Positions 12,968 through 25,400 of a DNA stretch of 64,000 bases are shown here, piece after piece; position 1 is the first letter of the stretch; the number at the start of each line of letters is the position of its first letter. This stretch comes from Paragordius varius (taxonomy: Eukaryota; Animalia; Nematomorpha): assembly GCA_964247055.1 (NCBI GenBank), contig OZ176055.1, forward strand, positions 1,798,001-1,862,000. Direction: 5' to 3'. Made by a program: the position numbers and the translations under genes. The notes under the pieces are model-generated. The model ran no database searches, had not been told where the DNA came from, and saw only the letters and a list, made by a program, of their open reading frames with translations.

Positions 12968-13225
12968 TATACCATTTACAATTATTACCTGAACAATTCA
13001 AATTTAACCTCAAACAATTCAAATTCCTAAAATAAATTATGTTTAAGATTAAAAATTACTTTATTTTTTATATTAAAAAAATTGTATAATCAAAATGATA
13101 CTGGAAAAATAATAACTATGCCATTAAGATATATATAATAATAATAGGAAGTTATATTAACCCGAAAATAGATTTTAGGGTGAATTTGAATTGTTCAAGG
13201 GTGAATTTGAATTGTAAACGGTTTA
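12968..13225. mobile_element. MITE family C, copy 1
   Basis: TIR taccatttacaatt...caaattc / gaatttgaattgtaaacggt. Related copies at 16887-17207 and 49279-49498. Confidence 0.7.
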
Positions 13226-14429
13226 CTTTGGATTTTAAAAGCATATATCATTTCATAGATCATGTCTTATATATAAGACTTGCCAACCCAAAATATTTTA
13301 GTCATCAATTTATCTGGCAACCGGTAGTATAACTTATCACCTCTATATCATTTTATCATTTATTTAAAATGATAAAACACGGATAAAAATTTTAATTTGT
13401 AGTTTTGTTGTTTAAAAACTTAAGAAGTTCTTAAAGAATGTTTTGCTATTTCCAAAAAGTGACTGTGATATTAAGCATATCAAATTTTAGGTTTTAACCT
13501 AAAATTATGTACTGTGGACACAGATTTTATATTTTAATGATCAATTCACAAAAAATATATTTATTCTTTAATCAATAATAGGCCTTAACTTATTGATATA
13601 TATGGCCAATTTAATATAAATATATATAAATGAAAGAGTTTTACTTTAACCTGATATCCATTTCAAATTATATGCAAGGTTACAATTCAAATTTAACGGG
13701 CTATTATAACTCATCATTAATACGAAATATATTTTTATGGCATAGTTTATTATTTTTTCGGTATAATTAATTTAAACTAAATTTAATTTTTTATAAATAT
13801 AAAAATGAGGATAATTTATCATCTTAAAAACACCTTATTTTTTTGGGGTAAATTTGGATTGTTAAAGGTAATAATATAGATGGAGCTAAATTCCCGAACC
13901 TTTAAATATTAATTTACCTTTTCTTTAGCTTTAGCTAATTTTATATATACATTCGATGGTCTTTTAAACGCATTTAAAATAATTTTATTTCTAGATATTT
14001 TTTTGAATTTAATAAAATTAATTGACTTTAAAAACAAATTAAATATAATGTGTCAGAAAATTTCTTATAGTAATCGATTTTGATATAAGCTGTTTAATTT
14101 TATTTTAGACTGTAGAAGTCTCCAACGAAATGTCTTCGCGACTACTTTGATAATTTTTGGTTTTAATTTATTAATGTAAAACCAATTTTATATGGTATAT
14201 ATCACATAAAATCTTGAATTTAACATTTTTTGGAGCACTTTTAAAGCGTATTGGATATCCATGCTGCAGAGGTTACAATAAGTTTTAGTTTTTGGGCCTA
14301 TTTAAGAAATCTAATGTTGACATTTAAATCAAAATACGAAAATACTAGAAACTTATACCACTGGCAAAATATTTTAAAATAAAAAATTTTAATATTATTA
14401 AATTTGGGTGAGGTCATTATGTTTTTACC

Positions 14430-15404
14430 TGTTTTTTGTGAAATAACAATTATATTAAAGGAATCTGTCATATATTTAAAATTTAGTAAATCACCCTCTA
14501 CACATTTCGCTCCATCAGGGAGAATATGAATGGGAAGCCAAAAAAACTTTTTTTGTGGCTAACCCTTAATCAAGCCAATTTTTCAGGTCTTGGGATTTAT
14601 TACAGTGCTGCTCTGTTTGTGGTTAAAAGATAATAGTCAGATAGCGTTAATGCATGAGAGTACAGGGCACGCAGAAGAATTTTTCTTATGGCTATTTTAA
14701 GGTGCTATTATTGGGTGAGACTGAGTTTAGCCATGTTAAAAATTACAGTGTCTTCCGGTCCATTCCGGTCGTTTTTAGATACGCATGGTATAAATTCAGA
14801 ATTAGTTAGCGATAGCGTTGTGTATTAAGGGGTTTATTTAGGTTCAACAGTTCATAATGCACAATACCGCTCGGATCCCGCCAGACTTGCCGAAGTTTCA
14901 TGGGGATGGATGGACACTGCAAGGTAAAAACTACTTTGTCCTTTCCCATTGCTACGGCTACTGGTTTTTTGTAATACATGCAACATTTCTAATTCCTGCA
15001 AAGATTTAAATAAATCATCATCCAATAACTCTTTCACCTGATCGTTGTCAGTAGAGTAATCTACCACGCCCTATCTTTTTCACATTGAAATCATAATTTT
15101 AAATTTAAACCAAGTTTCAAATGTTATAAGCAATGAAACATGTTCATCATCTGTTTCTACCAGCAAATTATGATTTTCAACAGCCTTTTTCTTTTGATGT
15201 AATAAGAGAAGAAATGCGCGTCACGCATGTTGTGGCACAAAATAAAAGCTAATATCAAACGTTGTTTTTAACGTTAACTTGGGTGTGTTTGTCACTTAAT
15301 GTCATTTGAGCAAAATGGCGTCTATTAATACATAATCCGCTGCCTACTTTTCCCTGACGTGTTCTATTAGTAAAACTGGTAATAACTTATGACTACACCT
15401 GCTA
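14430..15404 (-). mobile_element. Highly decayed mariner transposon
   Basis: Minus-strand remnants KKKAVENHNLLVET, SGIVHYELL, QRYR, KRPEW, LSDYYL and AKCVEG in transposase order. TIR-like tacacctgcta at 15394-15404. This explains the spurious ORF 14852..15067. Confidence 0.75.
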
Positions 15405-16498
15405 ATAATCAATTTTATGACTTCCAAAAAATCAAGTTAAAAAGAAAATTATTTATTTTTCGCAAGTGTATTAGTTAAGGTCATATATATACAAATCAAT
15501 CAATCCTAGCTACAGGCATTGATGTTAGCCTGCATTAAATATTTTATTTGTTGAAACTAAATGGGATGTATATTTAGTTTTTTCGATAATATTCTCAAAA
15601 TTTTTAGCCTTGGCTCGACAAAGGTCATTTGTATTAAATATTAATTAACCAATCATGATGTCAATATGGTGATCCTTAAAATAATTATGATGATAATTTG
15701 AAATTTTGTGTTAATTATATGTTAATGTTAATAGAATCTAACATTTAACGGAAATAATAAAAAATATTTAAATTTGGATATGTATCTGTGTTTATCAATT
15801 TTTAATGTAAGTCAACCTAATTAAACAAACACTATAAACACTGTATATATATATATATATATATATTCTATATTTAACCTAACAACTCTCTTGATAGCTA
15901 AAATGTTCTGTTCTGTTGTGGTGTCTTTGTTTTAAAGTTTTCATATCTTCTTTCTTACCAGATTCACCTTTAGTCACGCTTTGTTCAAAAAACTAATTAT
16001 AATAACATATCATTTTATGTGTTGAGTATGTATGTATATTCTTTTTATCAGTCTAGATTTTCAATCATTCAAAAAAAAAACAATTGATCTCATCTTTAAT
16101 ATATAGATATATGTATGTATGTTCGAAATTGTCTTTTTGTAACTGTGTGTGCAAATTGTTGCAAATAGTATAATAGAATAGGCATCTTCACATATATCAG
16201 AAATAAATACCTCTTAAAAAACTTACCTAATTAAAATTTTCCCAACTTATTTTTATATACAAATATGTTTTAAATTATTTTGTGCTCACAGACAGGCAGA
16301 GGAACAATAAAAATATTTTTTTTTCTCATCAACTTCTGTCGGCTAATATGTAATTTTTTCATGATAATTGGAAAAATTTAAAAGTCCGTCCGTTATTTTT
16401 TTCACAATTTTGATACATATTTATGCATATTTGAAACAGCGATCAAATCAATACCCAATCAATTATCATTTATATTTAATTATTTATTTTTGAAAATA

Positions 16499-19400
16499 AT
16501 GAAAAAATATTCTATTCATTATTGTTATTACAATTGGATCATTACTGATATCGGGTATATTTTTTAAGTGTTGTATCGCAAAACCCCCTAGTTCCGCCCA
16601 GTTTTAAGAAAATATGCTTTAAAAGATAAGATTAGATATATATTGGTTCTAAAAGTTTGATATTTTAATTTTTTTGTTACCGATTAGCAACTATATATTT
16701 TTTATAGATTACTGCTGTTTTCTTTGGTATGTGGCACAATCCTGGGCTATCCACCGCCTCTAAACGATATACATTCCCTTGAAAGTGAGTTTTTGTAGAT
16801 AATATATCCCATATGAAAAATATTGGAAAATTGGGTGAATGTAGTTTTGTTAATTTGTGTTTCCATATATTTTTATTTTTTTTTTATATACCATTTACTA
16901 CTCAAATTTACCCTTAAACAATTCAAATTTACCACTAAATCTCGAACAATTAGGACTTATTCTTCAAAAATTCAAATTCACCCTAAAATAAATTGTGTGT
17001 TTTTAAAGAATAAAAATTGCCTATATTTTTTTATATTTTTAAATAATATTTTGTTTAAAATTAAGATACCACTGATAAAATAAAATATGCCATAATGATG
17101 AGTTATATTAGCCAAAAAACACATATTTTATCTTTAGGGTAAATTCGATTTGCTTGAGGGGAAATTTAAATTGTTCAAGGGTAAATTTGAATTGTAAATG
17201 GCGTATACACGAATTTTAGTCCTACAATATTTTGATGAATTTTATCAGAGATTTGTAAGAATTAATTTCGCTATTTTGATATAGAATTCGGTGCAAACAT
17301 AAAAACTCATAATTCTCAGTATCCAGATACTTTTAAACTACATCCTCCACAAAGATCATACCGTCAAAATGTATTGAAATCATTTTTTAATGCATTGGGT
17401 GAGTTTCTTTAATTCCAATAAAAATTATGGGTGTTAAATGTTAATAAAATTTTAATCATATATAATTAGATGATGCCAAACAAAGTTTGGAGGACAAATT
17501 TATTCGGCCACGCTTGCAAAATCACCATTATTTCAATAGGACTGGTATCGTATATGTATATTAATTTAACAACAATCGTAAAAACTAAAAATTAAATAAT
17601 ATACAGTATGCATTTTAATGGTTGCTTATTTCATATAGTTGGGCAATTAGCACATAGTAGTTTGAAAAAACAACTATATTAGAATAGAGACAATTTTATC
17701 CTTTCTATTTTCCATACACTACTGTTTTGCCAATTAATCAACTATACCCATAGTGTGAAATAAGCAACCATTAAAATGCATATTATAAGATTTAAAAAGG
17801 CCAATTATAATTTATTAAAACACGATTTTTTACATTAAATAGTTAATAACAAATTTGAGATAATTATAAATTGCTTGTGTATCAACAATTTTTACATCTA
17901 TATTCCCTATATTGTGAATCAATAACGATGAGTTATAATTTAAAATGATTGCCCCTTTTTTACGTTTTGTCTGTAAAATTTTTTATTTATAGTTTGATGA
18001 TATAAATATTATACTTAAAAATTAATAATGGTTCAAAAGATTAAAATGCTATCTATATATAGGTTAAATTTTATACAGTTATTATGAAAAAACCAATTAA
18101 TAAAATATTTCACATTTTAACACCCTTAAAACCAATAAAGATGTACATAATTTAGGGTTATAATTTCCTGCTATTGCTTTGTTATATTTTGAGTTACAAA
18201 CTCCATTATTTTTGATGTAGCTTTATTTCTTAGAGCTTAAAAGTCCAGTTTATCAAAAAGTATTTAAGGTATTAAGCCGAATTAAAAACATACTTTTTGT
18301 AGCCATTTAGGAGTAAATATTCTAAAAATGTAAAACTGTAGATCCGATCTCAAACTTTTCCGCCATTTTTTTCGATTAATTTTTTTGATAACTAAACAAG
18401 CAAATAATATATTATGGTTAGTAAAAAAAATTAACTTTAAAAAGCTTTCAGGCTCTATTATCAAAAACTTGGTATATTTTGAGAGTCAGCTATTTGTTTC
18501 AATCGTGTTTTGGAGCTGTCTCAATTTAATCAGGAACTCACAAAACTGTAAAAATTTAATCTGTTATATTTAATACATGAAGAATGGTTGGCTAGTAAAT
18601 TTTAACTAAGATAGCTTTCAGAACTGTAGTTTATTTATAAAATTGAGCTCTGGCATATAAAACCACCCCAATATGTAAACTGGGACAATGCAAGTGAAAG
18701 TAATGTGATACAATTAAAATTTTTAGATTAAAAAACTACCAATTTTTGTTGCCGAATATAAATAAAAAAATTGAATGAATATGATTATAAGTGATATTAT
18801 ATTTACAAGCGGTTTTTAAATTAAAAACCAGAAGCAATCAATAGAATATATATATATGTTATGGAGAAATTTCCCGTATATAAAAACTTTGTTTTTATAG
18901 ATTCTGATATGCGAAAAAATAACTTAATATCTATCAACACCCTTATTAATCCGAATCGAATCACCACACCTATTAATCCTCCGTACGGGGCTATTGGGGC
19001 CTTTGATCATATCCATAGTATGCCAGAAAATATTCCATTAACTATTAACCATTATAATAATTTTGAAAAATTAGACAAATAGTTGATAAAGATGAACAAA
19101 TTTTTAATTTTTTTTTTCCCATTTTTTCATAATTTGGCGTTTATAATAGTATTTCTAATGTTAAATCAGTAATAAATAATGGTCAGATATACTTACTCTG
19201 AATCTTATCATAGAGTTTTGATCTTATGAATAGTTATAGGCTTTTTCCAATTTGATAAATATAGCGAGAATAGAAGTTACTAGTCTTGAGGAAACATCTC
19301 TCAATATAGCGTATTAATGTGTAGTTTTATAGAAGTCAGGGTAGGGCTTTAAAAACCCAGTCTTTATTTGCCAAAATCACAAATTAAATAATTTAATTAA

Positions 19401-22400
19401 TATATTATACATCTTTAGTAACGTTTATCGCGCAGATGCAGTAACTTTTTGCTATGAAAAAACAAAGCAACAGTCATTAAAGACACATAGCTACATAATT
19501 TTCTAAATTGTTGGTGTTAATCCTTATAATCGTAAAACAAGCACATGTGGTTATTTATTTCATCGTCTAATTTTAATTATATTTTGTAGATTTTTCCCAA
19601 GATGCATGGGAATCCAAAAATGGTGGAGCTTACGTTTCCAAATCCTTCATTGACAATCAACAAGCGACACCAAATGGTGATGATAATAATATATTTGATG
19701 CCGGTTCCTATGATTCCATGGACCCATTTGGCTCGACCACACCCAGAAGCCTAGGCCCGAATTACGTTCCATACAATAAAATCCCAGGTGCCACAGTTAA
19801 CAAAGGCGGACCGAAAAATAGTATTGTGAATGATGAGCTTGAACCCAATGTCGATGACAGTTATGATTCATCACCAGCCTCTGAGAATGGGGCCTACGGG
19901 CCTCCGGACTTTGGTGGTCCGAACGGAGACAGCGATGGTTTTAAGTCATCACCTCCCTCCATAGGCATTCGTAAAAATTATGTAAATCCCTCTAATCACC
20001 AATCACATGATGATGATGAGGGGGATGGTAATATAAATAATAATATTGATGGTTCTAACGGTGGTGCATTTGAACCAAGCTTTGATAATGACGCAAATCA
20101 TCCGCACGAAGAAAGGATATCAGGTTTGACTATTTTCTTTTGGTAATTAAAGATTGCGTAAGAGAAAGTTTATGTCAACCATAATATCCAAATGTAAAAA
20201 AGTATACACTAAAACATATTTTAGAGATTAAAAAGTATGCAAAAAGATGATGTTAGTATTTTTCCAATTTTTGCTAATTAAAGGTGAGATAATTTCATTT
20301 ATTAGATATTCGTGTGTTTTGTGATTTTTCCACCAAGGATATGGCCATAGATGTAACATTCAATAAACCGTTCGAGGGTGTCATTTATACCAAGGGATAT
20401 TTCAAGGGCAAAACGTGCAAAGGATTTGGCAAAGGCGAATATTCTCTGAGATTCAAAATTCCTCTTGATGGATGCGGTACTTTGAAAAAAGAACAAGTAA
20501 TTAACAAATACATTTCAATTTTATATAATATATGTATAGTTTTAAAACTTTTTTTTAAAAAATGTTCTGATATAGCTAAGTCGGGTCGGTTAGGAATGAA
20601 TTCATAGCCCTGAGAGCTTGGAAAAATTTTCAATTAAAAAATTAACCTGCAGGCAGTAATAAAAAATGATTGCATATACCTTAATTTGAATTTAAAAAAT
20701 TTTAAATTGATATTTTTAAAGTTTTAACAATCATATATTTACACACAAATATTACTTGGCTGGTTGTGACCATTAATGACTGCATTTATGAGTCAGGGTT
20801 TTACTTTTTTATCCGGTCAAAAATTCAAACGGAAATTAGAATGTTAGAACAATTTTTATAATTAAAGAAATATGAACATATCTTTAACATACAAACGTTT
20901 AATAAAATATTTGGGTAGATCGGCTGGCTTTATATCCAATAAAATGGTCATATTATACGGACAATATAAAATAATTTTTTATCGCGGCATTTTAGTTTCA
21001 GTACTTGTCAGATCCGCAACACGAGGATAATGGAAAACGCATTTTCGAAAACATTGTTGTGATAATGTTTGAACCTTATTATGGAATTCTAAATACCGAT
21101 GACAAAATATACGGTGTCAAATGCAAGGAAAGTATGGTGGGTACAAAACGTATAAACACTGGCTTCATGATACCGTAATTCTTTATCTTACTATCAAAAA
21201 ACTAAATATGGCATGTAGGAGTCTAAGTTTACACCTTTTAAAAATATATTATGATATATAATTAAATAATCATATTGATTGCTTTAAGGCTAAATTCACT
21301 AATCCAATTATTTTTATAAAAAATTTATAAAATTATATTATCCTTAGTTGACTGTAACTCCCACAGTTATTGACCCCCCTTACAATGATATAGGTCATTC
21401 TTATCATTATTACCGATTTCTAAATAGGATTCTAATTTTAAAATTAATCGACAAAATTGAGTATGTTTTTCCACAATATGAGGGGCTGTTTAAATAATTA
21501 ACCATATTCGATTTCGAAAGACACTATAGTTAAACTTATACAATCTATACCATTAAGCTTTTGGTTTACACATATAATAGAATAATAAAAAATTAAAGTC
21601 AAACTCTAGGTCTACTTGTTTATAGATTTTCCAAATTACATAATAATATTACACCGAGAAAAAGAAAAGTACTTTATATAACCCTTGTTTTGAGTTGCGA
21701 GAGATGCTATTTCAATTTTACAATCGTAATAACACTATAACTATAGGTTATATAAGGAAAAATTACGCGCATAAAATATATATATATAATTTTTATTGTA
21801 ATTTAACTTTAGACGTACCGAAGTTACCCAAGTGGTACCGTATACGGCTAGCGTCCCTGACGTCTACATGAAAATAACGAAGGGAAAAAGTCCTCAAAGT
21901 TATGCCACTGATGTATTACAACTCGGTGATATGGCTACCGTGGCTGTTCATTTACCAGGCTATACTGGTAAATATTGATAATCGCTAAAACTGTTTTATA
22001 GTTTAAAAAATTTACAGTAAAAATTGAAACTATACGGACAAAACGTAATAATACAAAGACAATTATTTTTATTAAAAAGACAGCCATACTTTTTAATCCT
22101 TGAAGTTTTCAAACTATTTAGTTATAATCGTAGGTATGGTTGTCTTTTAGAAAAAATATTTGTCTTTATTATTTACGTTTTGTCCGTATAATATCAGTTT
22201 TTACTGTATATTCAAAGTATCAACTTATTAGAACAGTATTTTAATATGTTTCATAAATACCGATGCACAGGCAGATTAAATATAATATTTAAAAACAATA
22301 GTTTTAGCTTTATAATTTGAAAACAATTATTTCTACAATCCGTTGCCAATTAGTTAGGAAAAGCTAGGAAATTTGAAAAACGAAATATATTTTATTATTA

Positions 22401-25400
22401 TTTTATCCAAGATTATGACATGTACCTATATGATTGCATGGCTCACGATGGATTGAATTATGGAAAAATTCGTCTTAACGATGATAAAGGGTATATTATA
22501 TATTTTAAATTACAGTCATGTAGACTTTATATTGTTAAAAATTTACTTTTTTTCGTTAAATGAGTATTAATATTTGGTAAAGAATATAAAAACAAGAGCA
22601 ATATGGTATTACCATATCATATTCTTTAAAAAAGTAAAAAATGAAGGGGAAGGGCGTCGGAAATCTTTGGTAAAAAATGAAAATACACTAACTACTAACC
22701 CATCACTTAAATTATGTATATTTTGTAATGTTAAATTTTGAGAATATTATAGCAATTTATGTTAACATTTGAAATATTGTTGTTACGTATTTAGATGCGG
22801 AATTTTGTGGGTTTTTATCTTTAATAATAATAAATAGTAAAATGGGTATTTTATTATTTATGATTCATAATTAAATTCAATAATTACTATTTTTCAACAT
22901 TATAAATACCTGTATTAATCGATATTGGTATTATTTTATATAGTTGTTATTAGTAATTAATATACATGTTATATATTTGTTAAAATTTAAGTAGATTTTG
23001 GATTGTTTTTGTTTGTGTTTCATTGTCAATTTTTATGTATTGACATTTTAATCAGGTAAAAATGCGGTTTGTAAATTTAGTCAAATTTATTTTTTTTTGT
23101 TTTTTATTTAACATTGTTAATTGTAATTAATTACTATTTATTTAATTTTAAAAAATACAGGTAAAAATGGCGGTTTTTAACAAATTTCAAATTTAATTTT
23201 TTTGTATCATTGTTATTTGTTATTAATTATCAAATATTTTCGACATTTAAAAAACATGTGAAAATTGCGGTTTTTAATAAAATTAATAAATTTTTAATGT
23301 TTTGTACAACCTTGCTTTATTCAAATGATAGTAATTTTTACCTGTATATATCAATGTATCAAAAATATATAGTATATAATAAATTAGCGAGGTTGAACAA
23401 AACATTAAAAATTTTACTAATATATTAAAAACCGCAATTTTTACCTGTTTTTTAAATGTCCAAAATATTTATTAATTAATAACAAATAACAATGATACAA
23501 AAAATGTTAAATTTGAAAAACTGCCATTTTCACCTGTATTTATTAAAATTTCCAAAATATGGAGTAATTAATTACAATTAACAATGATACAAAATAAAAA
23601 TAAATAAATTTGAAATTTATTAAAAACCGCAATTTTTACCTGTATTTATTAAAATGACCAAATAAATTAATTACAATTAACAATGCAAATCCTAAAAAAC
23701 AAAAATCAATTTTTATTAAATTTATTAAAAACTGCAATTTTTACCTGTAAATGTCCACAATATGTAATTAATTACAATTAACAATGTTAAATAAAAAACA
23801 AAAAAAATTAAATTTGACTAAATTTAAAAACCGCAATTTTTACCTGATTAAAAATTCAATACATAAAAATTCATAATGAAATAACATAAAAACAAAAACA
23901 ATCCAAAATCTCCTTAAATTTTAATATATATATAACCTGTATTTTAATTACTAATAACAACTATATAAAATAATACCAATATTGATTAATACAGGTATTT
24001 ATAATGTTGAAAAATAGTAATTATTGAATTTAATTATGAATCATAAATAATGAAATACCCATTTTACTATTTATTATTATTAAAGATAAAAACCCACAAA
24101 ATTCCGCATCTAAATACGTAACAACAATATTTCAAATGTTAACATAAATTGCTATAATATTCTCAAAATTTAACATTACAAAATATCCATAATTTAAGTG
24201 AAGGGTTAGTAGTTAGTGTATTTTCATTTTTTACCAAAGATTTCCGACGCCCTTCCCCCACACTTATTTTACTTTTTTAAAGAATATTATGGTAATACCA
24301 TATTGCTCTTGTTTTTATATTCTTTACCAAATATTAATACCCAATTAACGAAAAAAAGTAAATTTTTAACAATATAAAGTCTACATGACTGTATAAACAA
24401 AATCCTATGATTATAACATAAAAAGGTATAAAGTATGGTATACATTTTTATAAAATGTGTAAATAATAACATTTGATTTGATTTAATTTAAGGATGCGAC
24501 CACAAATTATGGTAGAATTTAAAATAGAAAAAACCGCTAATCATACCATATGCCATAAAGAAAATATATAATAAATCATTGATATCGCCTATGCTGACCC
24601 TCTTTTCCAATAAACTTTTTAACAAACAGGTCTATTAGACTGTATCATACAATACTACGATTTTTAAACATTATAGAAAATACAACGGCTAAATTTTATT
24701 TAGAAAAAATATTATTGTTTTATTAATTATAAATACCTTATAGTATAATATTATATTAAAAGAAGAAGTTGGGATGATTACAGTTAAACCATTTTATTAA
24801 TTGTAGTACCATTTTTCAGTCATAAGCAACATTTTTCAAGCAACCGCAACACTTTTTCAAGTAAAAACAACCTTTGCGTTAGGATGAAAATTGCGTAAAA
24901 AAGTGATGCGTTTAAATGAAAAGGTGTTGCGTATGATTAAAAAATGTTGCGTTTGCTTGAGATATATTGCTTTGAACTGAAAAAATGGTATGTGTATAAT
25001 TTAAGCACGATAAACAAAAAATATATTATTTTATTTTCAATTAAATTTTTCCTATTATTTTAAAAGACTCTAAGAATACATGTGTTTACTGTATAAACAC
25101 AAAAATAAATTAGATGCCATGTAAAAGGCTTGGATTATAATAATGATCCTATTTTACACAACTATAAATTAATTTATTACAGATCTATTTCTCGTAAATT
25201 AACGTATCTGTGTTAAAAATATTGATTATAATAATTTATATGCAAGCTTTGGTTTCCCTCTTATAATTTCTTATTTATTTTAGATGTCCTGTTGACCATA
25301 ATCTAGTAAGCTCTCAATCAGTATGGGATCCCCTTGAAACAAGTGATATTCTCATCAACAAAAACGGGGGAGGTATAGTGAACAACGCAAACCCAGCCCA

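Noticed and set aside
14852-15067. ORF MVDYSTDNDQ... as a host gene
   Set aside because: It lies within a frameshifted mariner relic.
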